This document shows positions 57,556 through 64,000 of a stretch of DNA of 64,000 nucleotides, piece after piece. The stretch lies in contig OZ218960.1 in NCBI GenBank assembly GCA_965112735.1, positions 186,001 to 250,000 of the forward strand, written 5' to 3'. Both the position numbers and the translations under genes were made by a program. The stretch's first letter is position 1; each line of letters opens with the position of its first letter. A model generated the notes under the pieces. It was not told the DNA's origin. It ran no database searches and saw only the letters and a program-made list of their open reading frames with translations. The DNA comes from Phaeosaccion multiseriatum. Its lineage: Eukaryota; Protista; Ochrophyta, other classes.

Positions 57556-58137
57556 AGCTGCAGATTTTACAGGCCTTCCGAATCCGAATAGGGTCCTCCG
57601 TCAGGAGGCATGGCCCAACTTCTCCTTCTTGCATGGAATGCTTCGCCAGCCCATTCTTCGCCCTTTTCCATGCAACGGGGGGGCCAAATCTTTATGGTGG
57701 CGAACGACGGGTCAGTGAATCTCAGGGCCCGAGGAATCAGCAGCCACACGCACGCACACGCGCAGCGCCTTCCGTCCGCGCCTCTTGTTCTCACTCGACG
57801 CCACCATACTCCCCTCTAGCACCGCCCACTGTTTCTGCTTTTCGTTCTCACCATCATCCTCTCCTGCTCCTCCTGAGCGATAGCGATGGTAGGCAGCCAC
57901 AAAGTCTCGGACTGTGCTCTCCACGCTGGCCCGTTTCCTCTTACTCCGGCTCACAGCCACCACCACGCCATTCGCCAGATCCCAGTCTCGACGGCCGCAA
58001 GGGGCTGTGGCAGCATCAGCCAGTCCCGCCATCTTCCAGCCCTCTCCACAGACAACGGGCAGCTGAATTTCGACCCCGGCATGAAGCCCATTCCCATCGT
58101 CCTTTCCTCCCTTTTCCTCCCTCTTCTCCTCCATCAC

Positions 58138-58390
58138 TTAGCGGGGGGACTCTTGCCCTCTTCCTTCCTCTCCCGTTGCCGTCAGTTGAAGCTCCTCGCT
58201 TGGCCACAGGTGGACACTGGGCAAGGTCCTCCTCCTCCTCCGCTCCCTCCCTTTCATTCGTGCATGCCTCTTGCAGTTCCCTCCGACTCCACCCTGATTC
58301 TGCTTCTCACACCCCTCTACAGTACATCCCCTGACCACAGCACCGTGGGACACGCAAAGTCCTCCTTGGACCCGTTTCTTATCGCGCGGC
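58138..58390 (-). pseudogene. WRKY19-like (CxxxGCxK..G..CxxH) zinc-finger fragment
   Basis: DKKRVQGGLCVSHGAVVRGCTVEGCEKQNQGGVGGNCKRHA. There is an in-frame TGA shortly upstream and no clear start, so this is either an exon of an unresolved gene or a remnant. Confidence 0.5.
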
Positions 58391-59288
58391 GGCAGCCACG
58401 GGCCCCATCAAGGGCCTCCTGCGCCAGCAACTGTCCCTCGCCCTTCAACGCGCCCTCTCACAGCGGGAGAGGAGATATGGCACACCCTCCTTAGAGCCAC
58501 AATGACGCAGCATGAGGCAGCGGAAACCCTCCGACTGGGGGCTCATGGAAGCCATCGACGGAGCGGACGCCTGAGGAGTAGGAGTAGGCACGACAGCAGA
58601 CATATTCTTTCCTCTTCCCCCTTCCCCCCATCCTCTCCTCCTACACATCACTCTCCATCATCTTTTCATGGTTACCACTCACCTCAAGCGCGCAAATGCT
58701 GAGCCCATAAGCTCTACTATACAATATACATATCGCACCCCTCAACAGCACACCTCTTCCGTATCCTTACCGCATCGTGGTGAACGTAAAGTCGTCCTTG
58801 GGCCCCATTCTAAACGCACTCCTCAGCATTACACCTCCTACGCATTTCACACCGCTGCCGGCCCTTTCCTCCTTTCCTTTCTTCCTACCGTCGATAGGTA
58901 GGAGGTCCGTCTGAGAGCCAGAGGCTTCTCCAGAGAGAGAGAGAGAGAAGAGAGAGAAAACAGAGAGAGAGAAATGAAATGACCAGAAATTGTGTATGTC
59001 AACGAAGTAAGGCAGGGCCCCCATGGGGCTCTCGGGCTCGGGCGCCGCTCCCTCTCCTAATCCTTTCCTCGCTGAAGAGATTTTCTCGTTTAAGAGTGGA
59101 GGAGAAACGGCGGAAGAGTGGAGAGGCGCGGAGGGGCGGAAAGAGGAGCCGGCCGGCGAGAGGTACTGAAGAACCGTTGCCGAAAAGAGGCGCGGAGACG
59201 GAGAGGGCACTGCCGGCATCATCCGACAAGAGTGCAGGACTCAACGGACCCCGGCGGAGGGGTGGCCTGAGCCTCGGACTTGGAAAAG

Positions 59289-62200
59289 ATGGTGAGGAAA
59301 CGCGCCTCGTGCACGGCGAAGAGAGGGAACGTTCTTTGTGCACACTTGCCCATCGCTCCCCTCTTCTCCCAGCCCTTTTTCTTTGCCAACCCTCTCTCTC
59401 AATTCCGATCGGACTGACAAGCCTCCCTTGGTCATTCTCCCTGTACCCTCTGCCCTTCTTCTCTGCCTGCCCGTGCAGCAAGCCCTGCTCGGCCGAAATC
59501 CCGGCGCCTCTGTGCTGATAGAGTTTGACGGCGCGGATAAGAGGCCGACAAAGTCCCTTCAAGTCAGCGACAAGCGGCCCCCAATCTTCCAGGCCCTTCC
59601 AATCTTCCAGGGGGGGGAGGTGAGGATATAGGTATCGACCGCGCGGGACTGGATTGATCGGCAGCTTCCCTCCGTACCATCCCCTCCTGCCCCCCTTCTC
59701 TGAGGCTTGCCCGTTATCGTTTCATCTCCTTGTCGCCACCTCTCCCTCATTCCCTCTAACTCTGTCTGTTGTTCCCGGGCTCCATCCTACTCTTCCTTTC
59801 TCTCCCTCTCCCTCTCTACATTACCTTCCGCCCCTCTTCCTATTCTCCCTCTCACTTTCCTCCTCTCTTGTCATCATTGCCTCTGCTTTCCCTCTTGCGC
59901 TTCCTCGCCCTCCCTCAACTCTCTCCCCCCACCCACCTCCCCGGCACGCAATGCACACGCACACCCTCTCTCTCCACTTCTGATGGCTACTCCTCTCCCA
60001 GTCCGTGCGAGGCGTGGTCACAGTGCTTGTATCCCCCGGCAAGCGTGTTGAGCACTTGGGCATCAAAGTCGAGCTTGTGGGGCAGGTTGAGCTCTTCCAC
60101 GAGAGGGGAAACAATCACGAGTTCACCAGCCAGGTACATACAGGGTGTCATGTGTCAGGTATCAGATGTCAGGAGGCAGATGGCAGCAGAACGAGAGGCA
60201 TGCACGCAAGGTAGCAAGCATGCTACCCACCCACCCCAACCCTCCTCACTGAGCAAAGGGAGGTAATGCCTTGACGCATCCATTCATCCACACCTATCAC
60301 AGCAAGCTAAACTCCAGCGTACTCCATACTCCTCGTTTCATCACCTTCCCTTCCCTCCCCTGCCCTGCCCTGCCTTGCCCTGCCCTACTCAGGTGAGGGA
60401 GCTGGACACGGCCGGTCTGCTGACTGAGAACCGCTTCTTCCGCTTCGACTTTAGCTCCGTGCTCAAGCCCTTCGAGTCGTACAGCGGTCTCAATGTGCGT
60501 TTGCGCTACCTCGTTAGAGTCACCATCTCCAGGGGGTACGGAGGGAGCATTTCCAAGGAACAGGTGGGTGAGGAGGGAAGGAGGAAGGGAGGGAGGGAGG
60601 GAGGGAGGAAGTTATCGACCCATGGATGGACGGATCGATGGCATTCCTCTCTCTCTTTCTCTCTCTCTCTCTCTATGTGTGTGTATGAGGGCGGGTGTCT
60701 CTCTCTGTCCTCTCTCCTCCATCGCTCCCTCATGGCTTCTTTACCTCAGCCCGTCGGGGGGGGGGGGGCATGCCCAATGGGGTGTGTGCGCTGTGTGAGG
60801 CTTGCTCTCACCGTTCTTGCCTTGCTTTGTCATGTGACCTCCTTCTGGCATGCACGCGCGTTCTTGTGGTGGTGTATGGCTCTGGTGCCTCTTACCCCCC
60901 GCCCTCGCGCCTTGATTGTCCGGTGATGGGGCATACCTTGGATGCTGTGTGTGTGTGTGTGTGTGTGTGCAGGACTTTCTCGTGCAAATATTGGGGCGGG
61001 AGCCTGAAGTGAACCCCACTCTGAAGATGGAGGTGGGCATCGAGGAGTGTCTACACATCGAGGTGAGGGGTGAGGGGTGAGGGGTGAGGGAGAGAGAGGG
61101 GGAGAGAGAGAAAAGAATGAGGAGGCAGGAAAGAAGGTCGGCGGCTGCTAGACGAGAGAGACTCCTTCTGAGGACAGGACATGTCATATGTCGTCCGTCA
61201 CGTTGGAGCTTTGGTCTGTGGGGTTTGTCCCTCCTCTCGGTCAGGACCAGGGACCAGGGACGGGGGGCATTATCCCCCGCACCTCCGCTTCTTCTGCCTC
61301 TGCTTTGTCGGCATCACGCTGGACGATCGGCGATCCGGTCTGCCCCTTCTCGGGCTCCTGTGATGCCACCACGACACTCTCAATGGTCCTGGGCCTTCTC
61401 ACCTGCCTCCTCACCCTCTGTTCTCGCCCCCCCTCGCCATTCAGTTTGAGTATGACAAATCCAAGTACCATCTCCAAGACGTCGCCATTGGGAAGGTGTA
61501 CTTCTTGCTGGTAAGTCAAGAGGAGCGCCCCTGGGTCTTGACATACGTGTGTAGGTGTGACGCTTTGAAACGAAACGAAACGAACCTGCAACATGCCCCT
61601 GCCCCTGTATCACCAACTGCTGCCCCTGCCCCTGCCCTGTGAAGGTGCGCATCAAGATCAAGCACATGGAGCTAGCCATCATCCGCCGCGAGTCCGCCTC
61701 GTCGGGGCAGAAGGCGTACAACGAGAGCGAAACGCTCGTCAAGTACGAGGTCATGGACGGGGCGCCCGTCAAGGGGGAGTGCGTACCCCTTCGCATCTTT
61801 TTCAAGCCCTACGACCTCACACCCACGGTCAGTCAGTCAGTCAGTCAGTCAGTCCGTCCGTCAGTATGCAGCTTGCAGTTTCAGGTTCGGTTTTTGAGCA
61901 TCAGCTTTGAGTTTGAGTTTTCAGGTGGTGGTGGTGGCGGCAGCGGGCATTGCTCATCAGAGCTGTCACATGGTGTGTGTTCGCGGGGGGGGGGGGGGCT
62001 TGGGAAGGGAGGTAGGGCTGCATGGGCCTTAGGAGGAGAAAGAGGCGGCCTGGCGCATGGTACGCCTTCGTAGGAGACGTGGGGTGGAGGGCTTCTCTTT
62101 AGTGGGCGTGCTTGTGCCTGAACCCTGGCTACTAACCAACCAACGAATCGATCAGCCAACCAAACCCCAAACCAACCAACCCAACCAACGAACCAACCAC

Positions 62201-62353
62201 CCACCCACATACACACCCAACTACCTCCAGTACGTGGACGTGAACAACAAGTTCAGCGTGCGCTACTTCCTCAATCTCGTGCTCGTGGATGAGGAGGACC
62301 GCAGGTACTTCAAGCAGCAGGAAATCATCCTCTGGAGAAAGTTCTTCGGCTGA
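59289..62353 (+). CDS. VPS26: Retromer subunit VPS26
   Basis: ATG|GTGAG micro-exon at 59289, then exons giving ..PGKRVEHLGIKVELVGQVELF, VRELD..FDFSSVLKPFESYSGLNVRLRY, KMEVGIEECLHIE|FEYDKSKYHLQDVAIGKVYFLL|VRIKIKHMELAIIRRE..KYEVMDGAPVKGECVPLRIF..LTPT|YVDVNNKFSVRYFLNLVLVDEEDRRYFKQQEIILWR. Confidence 0.95.
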
Positions 62354-62728
62354 GGAACTCATCTTCTGAAGAACGTTCGTCCACTGACTGCTGACGACTT
62401 GCTTCAGTAGAACAATAGTGCAATTGATTGGGGACGTGCCGTTATTATTGGATCTATCTGTCTGCCTGCCTGCGTGCGCTTTCGGTTATTTTCTTTCCAC
62501 CCGGCGCGGTGGAGCGTTGAGGAGCGTTGAGGAGCCCCCCCCCCCCTCCGGGGTGATGGGATGGTGATACATTGAGTTGTCGTGATGGTGATACATTGTT
62601 GTTGTCGGCGGTTATCACCCCACCCTTGCCTCGCCTTTGTCTCCTGTTGCTTCGCGGAGGGAGGAGCATTGCGCACGGCAATTGAAGACAGAGAAAGATT
62701 CAAGCAGCGGCGGCAGCAGCAGAAGAGA

Positions 62729-62765
<37 letters not shown>

Positions 62766-64000
62766 ATACACATCCAGTTGTACCAGCAGCAGTACAGTAG
62801 TAGCAGCAGCAGGGACACAAGAGGGACAGTGACCGAGCCCCCCCGGGGTGGCGCGTCCCATGAAGTCAATGGGGAAGCAGAGCACTTTGCTCACCCAAGC
62901 CGCCTGGCGCTGTGTGAGCATTTGGACGCCTCTTTCGGTCTGTGCCCTCGCTCCATCATAAGGGGCTGTCGGTCGTCAGGAGCACCACCGTTGAGGGCAG
63001 TCAGTTGGGCAGTATGTGACAAGAGCGGCTCAGCGAAGGGGTGACGCGCCTGCCGCCCCATGCCAGCCGTGCAGATCAAAAGAATAAGTATGAGTATGTA
63101 ATTACGGACGAGGACGCAGTTTCCGCGGGCCTTGCTCCCCTTCTCCGCCTCCTCCCGCAGCAGCCAGGAGAGACCGTATGCGTCGCACCATGTAGGGTCC
63201 TGCGTAGCTCAGCAGGGAGGAAGGGAGGGAGTGGGGGGGGCCTCTGACTGCGTCCTGCAGGGATGCAGGCTGCCACGCGCCGGTCGCCTCCTTCTCTTAG
63301 TGGCTCACCCAAGCATCAGAGCATCCAATTCCTCCTTCCCTCCCTCCCTACCCAGGACACACCCGGGAAAGAGTAAAGCGATGCCTTAGGACCCCCCTCC
63401 CCTCAGGCCCACGCCGTGGCTGTGACACAGGGCATGCGCTCCAACACGTGTACTTCAAGTACCACCGACCGGGCCAACTGACCGACTGACCGACTGACCG
63501 ACTGACCGGCTGACCGGCTGACCGATTGACCGATTGACCGACTGACCGACTGACCGACTGACTGACTGATCGACTGAGTGAGTGTCGGGTCTCTCCGAGT
63601 CACCCGCACAGCCTGCCTCGCTGCTTGCCGCTAAAGGAATATTGACCCTATCCGCCACTTCTTCCCCTCCACTCTTCTCTCATGCGTCATTTCTTCCGTG
63701 AGGTGTGGGGGGGGGTTGTACATGCTCCTCGAACAAAGCTCAAACTCAAACTGATGGCAAGAACCGTCCGCGTGCCTCTCGGACTAGCAAGCTCTCAGCT
63801 CGCAAGCCCCACACTCCACCACAGCGAAGCCCATCAACGGTCTCGAAACCAGAGGGAAAAGACCGAAGACAAGACTACCCTCTCCACCTTCAATCTCCTC
63901 TCGTCGTCTTGGTGTCTATGCCCACTGGAGGGTGGGGTTAAGAGTGATGAAAGAGCAGTCCCCGGGAACAAGGTGGTGGGGGGGGCAGTCAGAGAGGCCG

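Noticed and set aside
59581-59612. 18-bp duplication CCAATCTTCCAGG.. in VPS26 exon 2
   Set aside because: It is in frame (PIFQAL-PIFQ) in a variable N-terminal region and is probably neutral.
49672-62353. Functional cluster of ubiquitin/trafficking genes (UBE2Z, AP2S1, VPS26)
   Set aside because: These are common housekeeping categories, and adjacency alone is not evidence without synteny or co-expression data.
62600-63950. Possible gene in the last 1.4 kb
   Set aside because: Some complex sequence and intron-like (GACC/GACT)n repeats are present, but no consistent frame or recognisable motif could be assembled.

Overview
Eukaryotic nuclear DNA: GC-rich and intron-dense, with GT-AG introns packed with simple repeats such as (GAGG)n, (CA)n and (CCT)n. 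The style suggests a stramenopile alga, possibly eustigmatophyte-like; this is an inference only. Most six-frame ORFs are artefacts of low-complexity sequence, so gene models were rebuilt by hand from splice sites and protein motifs. Gene order: MBOAT lysophospholipid acyltransferase (-); a ~6.7 kb tandem duplication, each unit carrying a ZUP1/ZUFSP-type deubiquitinase with three NZF fingers (-) and a secreted EPN/WND C-type lectin with Cys-rich modules (+); an EF-hand/polyQ protein (-); an FAD/NAD(P)-dependent oxidoreductase (+); a ~15 kb coiled-coil/EF-hand gene with an axonemal dynein light chain-like segment (-); UBE2Z (+); AP-2 sigma (-); a tRNA-Leu(UAG) (-); a WRKY19-like zinc-finger remnant; and VPS26 (+). 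Most notable observations: (1) the tRNA-Leu is intact except for mismatches at acceptor-stem pairs 1-3, the pattern known from 5'-edited tRNAs; (2) the 15-mer CAGTTGGTGATACAG occurs about 20 times in exons (several frames, both strands), introns and intergenic DNA, and at least two other such 'words' recur; (3) intronic tandem arrays are built from splice-signal motifs; (4) the duplication junction gives the second ZUP1 copy a new C-terminus read from a minisatellite, and the two lectin loci carry reciprocal lesions.
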